A DNA stretch of 64,000 nucleotides from Lytechinus pictus (Eukaryota), in NCBI RefSeq assembly GCF_037042905.1, contig NC_087251.1:29328001-29392000 (forward strand). The letters are read 5' to 3'. This document shows positions 39,501 through 53,600 of this stretch, in pieces. Numbering within the stretch: position 1 is the first letter of the stretch; every line of letters starts with the position of its first letter. The notes under the pieces are model-generated. The model was not told the origin of the DNA and searched no databases. It was given only the letters and a program-made list of their open reading frames with translations. Position numbers and translations under genes: made by a program.

Positions 39501-42500
39501 TCAAATTGGGCGCACCCTTTTTCGAAAGTTTTTTTTTTCTGAGTGTTGTTATGGGGAAGGTACATCGACTGTTATTTAAACATTGAACAATTTCCGATAT
39601 TTTAGTCATTGCATGGAGCTACTTGACATAGCCATATAATTTTTACCATGGTGAGGATAATAGTGAGAAAAATGGAGAATATTAAAGTGTACATAATAAA
39701 ATAATAAAACATATATTTGTTTTTACTACTGGGGCATCTGGCGATGTCTCCTCAAGTCCTCATTATAACTCATGTTCCAGGTTTTTTTTGTAAATCCCTC
39801 AACATTCATCGTGATGACAAATTGGAAGAGTAATAGGCCTACTAGTGATAGTACTTTAATCAATTATCACACATGCAAATGTAACAAGGGAGATGAGAGG
39901 TAATTCCGGGGAGGTAACATGCGACCATGGAGCAATGCGACTGTATTTGCCCGCGGATTTTCATCTCACCGGAAGCATGTACCAAATGACATAATTTAAA
40001 CACGTTTTAGATCGTTCTGTTTATATTTCCCCAGAAAGCCTGATTCTGGTCAAACGACGTTTACAAACGCACCTTTTTGTGAGTTTACGATCAGCGTTTT
40101 GAAACGTCGTTTAAAAGAAAGTAGGCATGGACGCAACCGTGTTTTGGACTAATCAAGTATGGAAACGCTGATTCTGGCCTGAAAAGTGGAAGCATAAAGC
40201 CATAAACACGGCCTAAGATTGTATTATAGTACTGCTCAAAGTACTGGTTGATATTTAATCTTTTAAAAATATGATATAGACAGTTGGATAATATTGGACT
40301 ATTTTAAATTAAGTAGATGATATTTCCTTTTGCTTCCCCTTCTGTTGAATACACTTCACATTACTGTGTATTAATTAATAGCAAATAATGTGAAGATTTA
40401 CATTTAAAGGGGAATTTAATGATGGAAATAATAAGAATGATGATAAAATATACTTTGCTATATATAGCACATAATTTAATGATGATAGAAAGTCTCTGTA
40501 AGATAGTTTGAAACACAAAGAGAAGTGTCTCTTTTCTGGACAGTGGAGTAGCACACATAATTACATCATCCATGTACAGTAAGATCTAAATAGTGCTGTG
40601 AATTATTCACTTTGAAAAAAAGACTGTCTTCAGTAGGTTGTTGAAGGAGTCTAGTGTAGAAGCCAGTTTAACAGTGTCTGGTCAGTTGTTTCAAAGCAGA
40701 GTACATTTTTAAAGAGTATTAAATTTTGGAATAACACCAGGACAGTTTGATGCTGAAATTCAAGAAATATATTTTTGATTGGATACATTAGTTGCTAAGT
40801 ACACAGAGACTTTAACTTTAAGGTCGGTATGATCTTCTTATTAATATCCCACACTTCAACTTTTCTTTCAGATATCAAGGATTTGTTGTGTTTTTGATGG
40901 CTCTCTATTTTGTGTTTTTATGTGTTTTGATTTTACATATCTTTTTATTGGGGGGGGGGGGTCTCTATATTATGATACATAATATGTAATGCATAAGATT
41001 TAATCATCCCAAGTTGGGATTAAGGAAGTTACTGTATATGTTTTAATCATTCATTGAAAATATTAAAATATTGTTTAGACAAGTCAAGACATGTTAGATA
41101 TTTCTTTAAATGCAGGGTGAAATAAAATATAAAAATTCTTACATTAATGTCCATAAAACTAACATACTATCACAACTAATGCAAACAATAAGTCCATTAT
41201 AAAATGTTTCAGTTGTGAATGAAGAATATCAAGGAAGTGAAAAATTAATAGGCTGCTATAATACCATTTGTGACTTTAAGGACGTTCCACAGTTATGTTT
41301 GTGCGCATTATGATCTGCGCATAGTTTACACTCTGCGCGCTGCCGTCACAATGGATGAACAGGTGATTAATTAGCTGCGGGTATGTGCTGATTTTTCTCA
41401 TCTTCTGCACTTTAACTGCAGATCCGATGCGTTATTTCATGAAGCTAAAAAATTGAATTATTCCATGGACCATTCAAAAAAAGATTCTCTACAATTTCAA
41501 AATACTTTACTCTGCAGTGCTGCCAAGAATCACGAATATTACCCCGAGTTTGAATAAATGGTAGAGTGGTTTCGATTTTTTCTTCACATAGATACAAAGC
41601 ATTCGGTGCATTTTTGGTGTTTTAAAAAGCACATTTGCTCTAATAAAAATACTGATAGTTTATAAACAAGCACATGAACCCATATTTTTTAATGTTTGTT
41701 CCTCTTAGGTATACCTTCCTCTACAACTCTACAAATTTTGGTGAAAATGACATGGATTTTGAATAAAGTGCAGCATTTATTGTACTTTTGTAGTTTGTTA
41801 CTGAAATTTCACATTTTTTAGATTGGGATTTTGTTATCTTTTACGCCATTTTTAAGAACTGACAGTGCTGTTAAATTTAAAATTGCAAAAAAATAGCACT
41901 ATAAATATATTCTCCATTCTAACGATACAATTATTAACTCTTTTGCGAAATTTGATGACTTTTTTATGTATTTTGACTGAGTAATACAGGTTTAAACTCA
42001 TTGTAGTAATCTTGGGCGGTCTAAAAATGCCAAATTCTTTTGAATGCGCAATTCTTAAGAACATCAATGTGGGTGAACTTTGAAGTTTTATAGCAAAAAA
42101 TCAAGCACATGGACCTATGTTAATTTTTGCATATTTCGAATATTAAGGTTCTAAAGTATCTATGTGCAAAGTTTGGTGAAAATGACATGGATTTCACTTT
42201 AACTGTGGAACGTCCTTAATAGACAAAAGATGTCATGTATAGTACAGTACATCATCTCAATTGTGGGATGTATCATGTAAGAAGAAAACAAACAATATGA
42301 GTGATGTTTTCAATATGTTGTATCAAGGAGCTAGCTCCTTGGTTGTATTGAGATACATGTACGGTGTGAAACATTGAAAATTTGTATTGAGATACATGTA
42401 TGTACTGTGTGAAACATTGAAATTTGCTCCCATTCCATTTCCTGTTGAAAATCTTTGAGGATGAAAATCTAGGATCACAGAATGTTGAGAAGATTCTGGA

Positions 42501-45500
42501 CTCTTAATGTAATGTTCATGTAAAAAGGTAAATTAGTCTCTTTCATGTTCTAGATCCAGGGGCCCAATGCAGAAAGAGTTATATTAAAATCTTTCTCCAA
42601 ATATCAAAGGCAACTTTAATACTAGAAATAGCAAATAGGCTATCCAGTTAAGCACTTCATTAATTTTTCAATTCTGTATGCACTTTTGCAGTGACAATTA
42701 AGCAACAGAATATACATGTATAGTGTAATTACATGTAAAATATTAGACTAAGCATCAAAGTAATTGAATTATTCAAAGAAAATAAAGTGTTATTCATAAT
42801 AATTTGAACTGATCATTGACTGATCAATGCTCCTCTTTTTTGCATGGCCCCTGGCAGTGTACTGTACACTGTATTGTCTATGGTACATGTACTGTACATA
42901 CATTAAAGTACTGGATTTCTTGTAAGTCAGTGAGGTTGTGGAAAGATCAGCTTTGTAAGTAACTCTGGTAGTCAATGACGTCATGCGATTAATGAGTCAA
43001 GGAAACGTAATCAGGGAATATTAGAGAATTTAAAATATGTGTTTAATAATAAAATTTGGGTGCAAAAATTAATTATAAACACTTAAAAGTGGTTTTTACA
43101 TGTTTATGCATTTATCATCTAATCTTAATCTTGCAATTTTCATTTTAGATTTATGTTTATCCTGTAGGGAAATTGGACTTTGTTTTCAGGAAATGCCTGC
43201 TATCCTCTTATACTAGTATACAAATGTGCAGATCTACATGTATATACCCTGGAACCATCAAACTACATGTACAATCATTGCCAAATACTATAGAGAAGAT
43301 ACATCAATCACCAGGGGGGGGGGGGGGAATTAAAAAAAATTAAACTTATTATGACTAATGGGATGTTGCAAGAAGCTTGAGATCAATTGCAAGTCTATTT
43401 TTGGTCCCTAAATCAATCATATGGATGTAGTTAATTGCAAATTAGTGATTGATTGGTAATCTCCTTGAAACAAGAAGTATAATCTGATTTGCTACAGCTA
43501 ACGTTGATCTATCAGTTGTAAAATTGGAACAGAAAATTTGCAATTGATCGCAAATATTTTCTTGCAACACCCCCTTAGAGTCGCACGTAAATACCGAGTT
43601 GTGTACGGTATAAAAGGCTTGACCGCATTGGTCAGATCGTGTCATGAGGACACGCACTACTGCGTGTCTATCAATAAGATCGCAAATTGCATATCATGTA
43701 TGTGTCGGCATTTAAGTGCGACTTAAGTCATACTTAAATCTTTGAGAAACACCCCCCAGTGATGATGGTAAATCACTTACATTTAGTCTGAGTTAATGAT
43801 CGTCTTCACAAATATGTGCATTCGCATTATCAATACGTCACAAAATGTGTTACCAATTGCAAGTTGCAGGCCTTGCATTAGACCAAGGCCTTGCTGCTCT
43901 TGGAATTCCCCAATTACTGACAGCACTACCAAGGTGACCTCCCCCCCCCAAAAAAAAAAAAATTAGATCAACGAATAAATGACAACCTATGAATTAGTGG
44001 CTATCCATTGTAATTGGTGATAAACTTATCTAAAAGTTTTCAGTCTATGTATAAAGGCTTTATCTTTGAATTACATAAATTTACAAATAATCATAATCTT
44101 GTATATCTTTTTTGAACATACAGTGCGTCAGAGAGAGATGCCTTGTTAGGGGACGTAGATCATTTCAACGATTCTGCAAATGGCTACATCAACAATGATG
44201 CTGTCCAAGGAGAGACTAAAGTAGGAAGATCTCCAAGTGATATAGGACCTGCAGATAAACCACCTAAAGATAGGTTAGTTACATTTTCACAAGTTAGATT
44301 TATAAGCCATTTGTGGAAAACAATTCCTCTAAGTGTACATGTATCTGAGCAAAATTATGATTACTCTTTTTTATAAGCCAATGTTTTGATGTATACATAT
44401 TTTCATGATTTGAACTCATTAAGACTTCTTATTTTCACGAATCTATCATTAGACATTGCAATGTTTGTTAGTTGCCATGTGAAATGTGATTAATGAAAAA
44501 AATTTAAGCTTATGCAGTGATTGTTAGAGATTGATGGGACATTTTATACATTCCTAGGCAACATATGGATTTCAGAAGATATTGCAGCAAGTGAAAGATA
44601 CATGTAGAACCTTTAGAACTTCCAACAATATATATTTATTATTTTGTCAAAACTGTCAAGAAAGTTATAATAGGAAAACATATGTTTCTTTATGATAGTT
44701 ACACTACACAATATTTGTAAAGCAATGTTCCTTAAAATTACCCTTTCCAGTCCATAAAGTACAGCTATGCTGCATAATATTAGGTGGACATCTCTGCTAT
44801 TATAAAAATATTGTTTCCGAAACACTTGTGGCTGTTTTAAGGAAGTAGATATAAAAGTCATAAATTGTGGTTTTGCCAGGGAATGTCCATTCAAAATACA
44901 AGTATCTGAACCACATCCCTAATTGTGAATATGATATTCCTTTCTCTGCAGGTATTTCTTTGTTTACATAGTATTCTACACATTTGGCATGTGCTCCGTT
45001 CTTCCATGGAATATGTTCATTACTGCTCAGAATGTAAGTAAACACCTGTTTGAATATATACGTTCCTATTCTGAGAAAAGCAAAACAAAATTTCAAGGAA
45101 ATTTAAACGGTTTATATTATTCTGATAATCTACACAAACACAAAGGTGAATTTAATGTCTTTCATTTGAAGGTACATAATGTTTGATCTACATGTATTAG
45201 CATTTTTTTTAGTTGACACAATTTTTAAGATTCTTCTAGAAATGCAAATTGAGATAATTTATGAACCATTGAATGATTGAAGCATAAATCAAAAGATCAA
45301 ATGCTCAGTATTAAAGTTTACATGTACAGTGTAACAGATTGCCATTACTAGCAATTGGTGCATTCAAGAATTAAAATAACCCTGCTGGGTATCTGTTCAT
45401 GTCACCTGGGTCAAGTGCTACATGATTACATAATGTGGATGGATTTCATGCTGAAGGAAGTCAATATTATACACTAAGGGTACACAGAAGCCCCTAAATA

Positions 45501-48500
45501 GGTTTTGAAATTGATGAATGGCATGTTGAATGTTGTGTATTGTATTCTGACGACATGAGGTGAATTTTGCATATATCATAAAATTTTGTTGTAGCATCTT
45601 TATAGGAGGTGTAAAATATCACTCTAGTAGGGAAAGAACTAGATTTTTAAAGAATTCATTTGTAATGGTAATATTACCAAAGTAACAAGAATTCAAGATT
45701 TTTATTTTTAGGGATTAATCACTTTAATCACCAAAACAGAGTAAACAATATATGTATGTCCTGCATGTATATATAAAGTTGTAATTGATATCATCTCTTA
45801 TCATACATTGACTTTATTAAGTACTTTGACTACAAGTTTGCAAACCATGATAGCAACACGTCAACCTCTAACGTCACATTCCTTGATATGACGGCAGCTC
45901 CCATCCCTCAGACACCAGCACCTCAAACAAAGACAGAACTGCAAGACATGTATGAATCCTACTTCTCTATAGCAGCACAAGTACCAAATGTTGTTATACA
46001 ACTTGTAAATGTTGGTATCAAACACAAGTAAGTATAAAAAAAACAGCACATTTGGGAGACCACCCTTATATAGTAAAGGTGTACATGTAAGTAGTTAAAA
46101 GTAAAAGAAAATGATCTGAGCTAGATATAAGACCATGTTAACCCGGGGGGGGGGGGGGGGGGCACTCAGTATATAATGCATGGTGGGTATGTGCCGCGGA
46201 GGGGACCCCCATTTTTACACTTAAATCTCCATTCCAAGGCATAGCATTTTTGTCTTATAATAGAGAAAAAGAACAAAGAAAGCCGCTCCAAAGCATAGCA
46301 TTTTCTTCTTATCGAGAAAAAAGAAGAAAGAAATCCGCTCCAAAGCTTTGCATATTTTCTGTTACGCCGTTCCGGTCGCATTGATCTGCTACAATGAGCC
46401 GCAATTTTGGTGAAAAGCGGCCGCAGAGCGCTGTCCGACCATCGCCTCTGCGCTAGCGCACCGGCGCCCGTGCCGCCGGGCTAGCTGCATGCACGTTCCA
46501 TAGGGATGCATTCGCACTCACACGAAGGCGACCCGTTCCAAGGATCCCCGTTTTCACAAACATTTGTAGTTCCGAAGCCCGTCCGAGGACCCTCCTTTTT
46601 ACAATTAGCCCGCTCCAAGGCCCCCGTTTTTTGTCTCGCCCGCAGCACACACCTACTACTTTTTTGGTCGAGTACCCCCCCCCCCCCCACCCTGGGATGT
46701 TAACTAGGCCTAATGTTAAGTTTTGCTTTTCATATTTTCAAGAATATTATTGATTCTTAAAATATCTTAAGGAAAAGTTAGTCTTATTTGAACTTTATTT
46801 TATACCTGCTTATAGAGAGACCCTTAATGAAATACATTTATTTTTTTTAATTCATCATTTATGTATTTTTTGTTCTTTTTTTATTAGATGAGTTTGGATG
46901 GTGGCTTGCATACTGGAAAAACAAGCTGTAATATATTTCAGCATAAGTTCTAAGAATACATGCTCAAAAACTGTTTTTCAAACATTTCTTTGCAGAAATT
47001 TTACACCAAAAATGATTTTTTTTAAAAGAAATTTTACCCAAAGAATAATTGATAATTACTTGTAGGACTACTTACAATGTTACACAGTATTTTTGTATAT
47101 CTTGTTCTCAACCTCATGTAGTTTAAAATGCTCTATTCAACAAATGAAATAGTTTAAATCTATTAATACTTGCCTTTAAAAAAGTCATTTCAAGTACCAT
47201 CGAAACATGTTGCTCACAATTTCAAAATCTCTCTAAATTGTTTTGTTTGTAATCTTTTAATTTTAATGATCGTTTTATGGTATGTCATAGTGATCAGGAG
47301 TGAAACTAATAACATATTGGATCAAATGGCTTCATAATATAGCACATTGGTTGTTTCATGTCTTTCAACTCCAGTGAAGAATAATGAAACTAAACTTGTT
47401 AAGCACTTTAGATATTGAAGTAATATGATGCAGTGGAGAGTGTTTTTAATAACGCAATTTTTTACCAATATTGAATTTTCTTAGGCAGTGCTGGTACATC
47501 TACATGTCATAGGGAACATTGTATGAAAATGCCAGAATGAAATGTGGCTAACCCGTTTGGCACTTCTTACTCAATTTTCATATAAAGTCATTCATAATTT
47601 CCATAAGGACCAGCGTAGTGAAAAAGCCCCCAAATTTTATGGGAAAATGTGATAATTTACTCCTTGTTGATTAAATTTGTTAGTCAAAATGTAATAATAG
47701 ATTCATTGATTGAAAATATTTTGATTTCTCTAATGCAGGGTAACTCTCAAAGTACGAATGCTTACATCACTGACTGGCATGTTGGTTATATTTATTTTCA
47801 CCACTGTATTAACCAGGGTTGACACCAATGATTGTAAGTATAATAATGTATAATACGTGACCACCCTACTTAAAACTCACAATAAGTTTCAAGGCAGGGT
47901 GTACTGTTATTTAGAAGCAAAAATAGTCGTATGTGTTTGAAAATGAAATCTGGAAAATTAGCTTTTCTGAAAGAAAACCTCTCTAGCTTGGGTCAAATTA
48001 TGGAATTACACCAAGCATGAGGAATAAGACATTTTGTAGATCAATGTTTGGGACTGCTGGGAGTTTTTGAGTGTCAATAAATCTGGCACAAAATGTCTAC
48101 ATCATGCTTGAGCCGATTTCATATATCAAACCATACTTTTGTGTTATAGGTATCTTTCCTTAAATTTTTCCACATTATAATGTTGTTGTTCAATTGTAAC
48201 AAGATATCATTTCAAAGATTAGGACCTGCTTTTTAAAATCATATATATATATATATATATAATTCGCCCATAGGGCTTTGTCAAGTTATGACAAATTCAT
48301 TAGATTGCGTCAAAATAATGCATCATAAAGATGCACGTATCCAAAATAGTGAGCAAAAGCGCACAAAGGATGACGAAAAGGATACATCATAAAGGGGAAA
48401 CGAAAGAAGGCAGTAGGAGAGGTAGATAGAGAGAAAGAGAAAATGAGAATGGGAGGAAGAGAGAGAGAGAGCGCGTGAGAGAAAGAGACAGAGGGTGGGA

Positions 48501-50085
48501 AGGAAGGAGATAGGGGGGAGAGAGAAAGAAGGACAAGGAAAAGAAAGTAAAAGAAAAGAAATATCTACGTCAGATGAAATGAGTGGAATGATACATCGAG
48601 TCCATTTTGACGTAATCTAATAAATTTGTCATAACTTGACAAAGCCCTATGGGCGAAAATTCGTTTAAATATTATTGTCCATGGAGTTATATATAGAAAT
48701 AAAAGATAAACCCAGAATGACATAAAAGGGGAATATCACAGTAAAATAATCACCATGTAGTGCTAAGATACTGCATATATCTTTAATATACTATCATCAC
48801 CAGGTATGATCAGCGACTACCGCGTAGTATTATTTGTATTTGAGTAATTATAGCATAAATCTATCAATGTAATTGCTTTGGTATTGTACATATATACAGT
48901 ATATATACATGTACATGCATTATGCATTCAAAATTCATTTTAATCATTTAATATATTTTTATCTTTCCCTTATTTTTTCAACAGGGGAGAAACAGTTTTT
49001 CTGGATAACATTAGCTAGTGTGGTTGTCATCAATTGTGAGTACAAAGATGAAATATAATCGTCTCAGAGAGAGAAATTGCAATTGTTTGTGTTATTGCTA
49101 GTAATTATCACAAAATGGCATTCCCCTCCCCCTCGAATGAGAAGGGAAGTGAACTTTAAAAGATATGTAGCACACAGTCAATGTCTTGCCATATAGGACA
49201 ATGTGCTGTAGAATAGTCAATACTCTATCATGAAGCAACCAGAAAGATACTCTGACTTTGGGTTGAAGGATTAATGAATGCCATTTGATCTCTGGAAAGC
49301 TTGGATGTGAATGTTGTAAAAAGTAATAATGATAATATGTCTATTTATATAGCGCAGTTACTATGTGCATATGCTCAACTGCGCTTTGATACTTGGTATC
49401 CCAGCCATGGCATAATTTCCTTTGGCAAGAAATTTATCCACATTGTACTGCACTCGACCCAGGTGAGGTGAATGGGTACCCGGTAGGATTTTTCCTTGAA
49501 CGCGTTAGCGCCTATTAATATGGCGGCTTAGCTACAGCCGGGGTAATAATATGATACCAAGTAAAAAGTAATGGAAGTAATTAAACTTCCGGATCAAAAT
49601 ACTGGATCCTGGGTAATGAGTTTCTGAGTAGTTTAGGTCTGGAGATGGTGCTGTTCAAATTTACTTTAGCATATTGGTTATATGGACAGTTTCTTTGATT
49701 TTAGTATATGTTTATGAGTTAACTGGGGCAATTATTAGTTTTTCTATGTGACAAATCATTTAGAGAGTGTTTGAAACTAATTTATGAGAAACGGTTAATA
49801 CCTCAGTTGCAGTAGGAGGAGGAGGGGGGGAGTAGTTGTCATCAAGGTCATAGTAGTATTACTCAGTAGCAGCAGTACCACATGTTGTATCGTTATAATT
49901 ATCTGGTATATGTACTTTTCTATTAGATTTTAGTGCCATATTCCAAGGTAGTGTGTTTGGTGTAGGGGGATAACTGCCAAAGAAATACCCCCAGGCTCTC
50001 ATGGCTTGGGGATATTTAAGTAGCAGGAGTAGTAATAAACAGTATCAGTAGTAGCAGAAGTAGTAGTAGCAGTAGTAGCAGCAGA

Positions 50086-50116
<31 letters not shown>

Positions 50117-50655
50117 GTAGTAGTAGCAGTAGTAGTAGCAGAAGTAGTAGTAGTAGTAGTAGTAGTAGCAGTAGTAGTAGCAGCAGTAGTAGTAGTACAG
50201 TAGTAGTAGTAGCAGCAGCAGCAGTAGTAGTACTACATGTAGTATTGTATATGTTTTTCTTTCAGGTTTTAGTGCCATATGCCAAGGTAGTGTGTTTGGT
50301 CTCGGGGGGATTACTGCCAAAGAAATACACCCAAGCTCTCATGGCTTGGGGATCTTTAAGTAGCATGAGTAGTATTTACAGTGTGAGTAGTATAGTAGAA
50401 GTATTCATAGTATTTTCTGTTTCTTTTGAAGTTACTCCTGTAGGAACTCAGCCAAGCAGCTTTACACAGCATCAAGCTGGTATATAACCAATCACATAGG
50501 AACGTACATTCTACGTCTATGTTAATCAGTCATAGTGGCTGACTTTAAATTATTCTCGGACCTTTTTGGTGTGGGGATAATGGCCGAGATTCAAGCTCAC
50601 AACCTTTCAGTCATGAGTCCATTGCTCATAACCACTATACCACATGACCCTAGTT

Positions 50656-50686
<31 letters not shown>

Positions 50687-53600
50687 CATCAGCAGCAGCA
50701 GCAGTAGTAGTACTACATGTAGTATTGTATATGTTTTTCTTTCAGGTTTTAGTGCCATATTCCAAGGTAGTGTGTTTGGTCTAGGGGGATTACTGCCAAA
50801 GAAATACACACAAGCTCTCATGGCTGGGCAAGGATTAGGTGGAATCGTTCCAGCATTGGTCTCTATCATCTGTCTTGCAAGTAATTTTTTCATTTTCATA
50901 TTTTTTTCCTTTGATAATAAATATAGCTAGATTCCTCATAGAACACTTTTAATCACCATTATTCAGTCTGTTGTGAATTAGTGGAGATCTCATATATCAC
51001 CAAAGCCGTTGAAATTGAAATCTTTGATATTGCATATGATAAGATACAAAATGAAATACTGAGTTTATAAAATGAAATACTGAGTTTATTACATCACCAG
51101 CTTCCTCATTTGTGATAACAGGCAAGGGTATGCATATAACTTTTGTGAAAATATACTTAAAACTTACATCTGATTTTGATGATTTTGATGAAAATATACC
51201 TAAAACTTACATCTGATTTTGATGAAAATTTTGATGTACCGCTTACTTGACTTTCTCTATTCATTCTTATCAACCTGTTGTCACTTCAAAATTCACATTA
51301 AAGACCTTCAGAAGCATTTTCATATATTGAATAAGTTGTCATTGTAAACATGGATGTGGAATGAACAGAGTTAATATTGTGTTCTTATATTTTTCATTGA
51401 ATGATTGTTTCTGTTCCACTCACTCCCTCCATCATACTGATCGCCCCTGTTCGAATTATTTTTTCTCTTTCTTCCCTTGCCATCTCTATCTCTCTGTGTG
51501 TATTATCTTTTGTAAATCAATATCTTTCTGTCAACTTCCTCTTACCTTCTTTTAATCCTCCTCTCTCTCTCTTTCACATAGTGTCACTTTCTCCCTTTAC
51601 TTTATATCCATTTTCTCTTAAGGATAGTGGAAAACAAATCAATAACAATAACATTTTGTATTAGCTGCCAAATCCTCTTGAAATCAAGTGCTTCAAACAC
51701 AAGTACTTTAAAGAATAAACCAACAATATATTTTTGAAGTGGAATATTTAAAATTCTGACAAACACTACCAACAATATTTTGGTTACGATTGAAAATACA
51801 GAAGATCATCATGTTTTTAATCTGGTTTATACTGAAAGAGAGTAGTTGAAATGCCACTTTCTGGCTTTTCTGCTAATTTCTCCTCTATTTTTAAACAAAT
51901 AAAAAAAAGGATATCCTATTAAACATTTCTAATACCTGGTGGGTGTCTCATAAAGCTGTTTGTAACGTGTACTGAAAGTAAGTAGTTGAAATGCCACTTT
52001 CTGGCTTTTCTGCTTATTTCTCCTCTATCTTTTAAACGAATAAAGAAAAGGATATCCTATTAAACATTTCTAATACCTGGTGGGTGTCTCATAAAGCTGT
52101 TTGTAACGTGTACTGAAAGAGAGTAGTTGAAATGCCACTTTCTGGCTTTTCTGCTAATTTCTCCTCTATCTTTTAAACGAATAAAGAAAAGGATATCCTA
52201 TTAAACATTTCTAATACGTGGTGGGTGTCTCATAAAGCTGTTTGTAACGTATACTGAAAGAGAGTAGTTGAAATGCCACTTTCTGGCTTTTCTGCTAATT
52301 TCTCCTCTATTTTTAAACGAATAAAAAAAAAGGATATCCTATTACACATTTCTAATACCTCGTGGGTGTCTCATAAAGCTGTTTGTAACGTTACGCACAA
52401 CTTTACGCACGACTTGAACATGATCTTAGGTGCTAAGTTAGCTACATAGTGATATTGTGGCATAAGAAAGGTCACCAGTCGTGCATCAAGTCTTCTGTAA
52501 GTTATGAACAGCTTTACGAAAAATCCTACAGGCCGGTGTTTCATGAAGCTGTTCGTAAGTTACAGCAACTTTACGAGTGATTCTTTCTTAAGAGCCAAAT
52601 CAACATCAGTGAAAATGTGGTCCAAGTCATTTACCACAAGAAAGGATCACCAGACTCGTAACTTGTGAACATCTTTATGAAACACGGACTTGTATGCTCT
52701 TTTGATGTACACTTTATGAATTCATTTGAATTTTACTGAAGATATGTATTTTGATCTTATTTCAGCTTTGAAAAACTACTCGTTAGTTGGATTTGTATAT
52801 TTCCTCATCTCTGTTATTTGCATCATCATAACATACGCTGCTTATCTGGTCCTACCAAGGAATCAGTTTGCTGAATACTACCTCAATAAACAAGGTATGT
52901 AATATTCATTAATATAGTACAAATAATGCACAGGTGAGTGTGTTAATTACTATGCAGCGCACTTATTTACATTGTGTTTTTGTTTTTAATTTGACTCCTA
53001 TTATTCAATTACCACAAACAAATCTGATGATGATCACATTTATGATGTCAAACAAGTTAAAATTTACCAATATTTCTCAGTTTTTCCTAATGTTTACTAG
53101 TGTATGCCAATATGTTCCTCCTCTCTGGGAATCCTGTATTTCTTGGCAAATTGTCAAATAATTGAAAATTTGAAAGTACCCTCCACCTAATTTAGGATCA
53201 CTAACGTAATATCTCAAGAATCACATAAGGTACCGAGTTCAAAATCTTTGTGAGTCATTACAAGAAGTGTTTCATGACGGTTCATTCTAAATGAAAGTGC
53301 ATATTTATTGGAGATGCATATCAAGATAAAACAAAAATGCCCATATTCTGAAGTAATATGGGCCTGTGTGTTTATGTGCCTCTTTCATCTTTCATAGAAA
53401 CAGACTGTTGAATCAAAATCACTCTATCCATAGAATATGATGTACTGAATATCCTGTTGATAGAAATTTGACACTTGAAGAATCCCCTACACTCTTCATA
53501 TTATTAGCAGAAACCACAATGTAATCAACCTGATTCCTCTTTTACACTCTGAGATTTTAAAACTTCTTTTCATTGGAGGCACCCAGCAAAAACTTGAGAT

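Noticed and set aside
50535..50930. 131-aa ORF with poly-Ser
   Set aside because: Intron microsatellite read through into ENT exon 7. Only 50746-50880 is coding.
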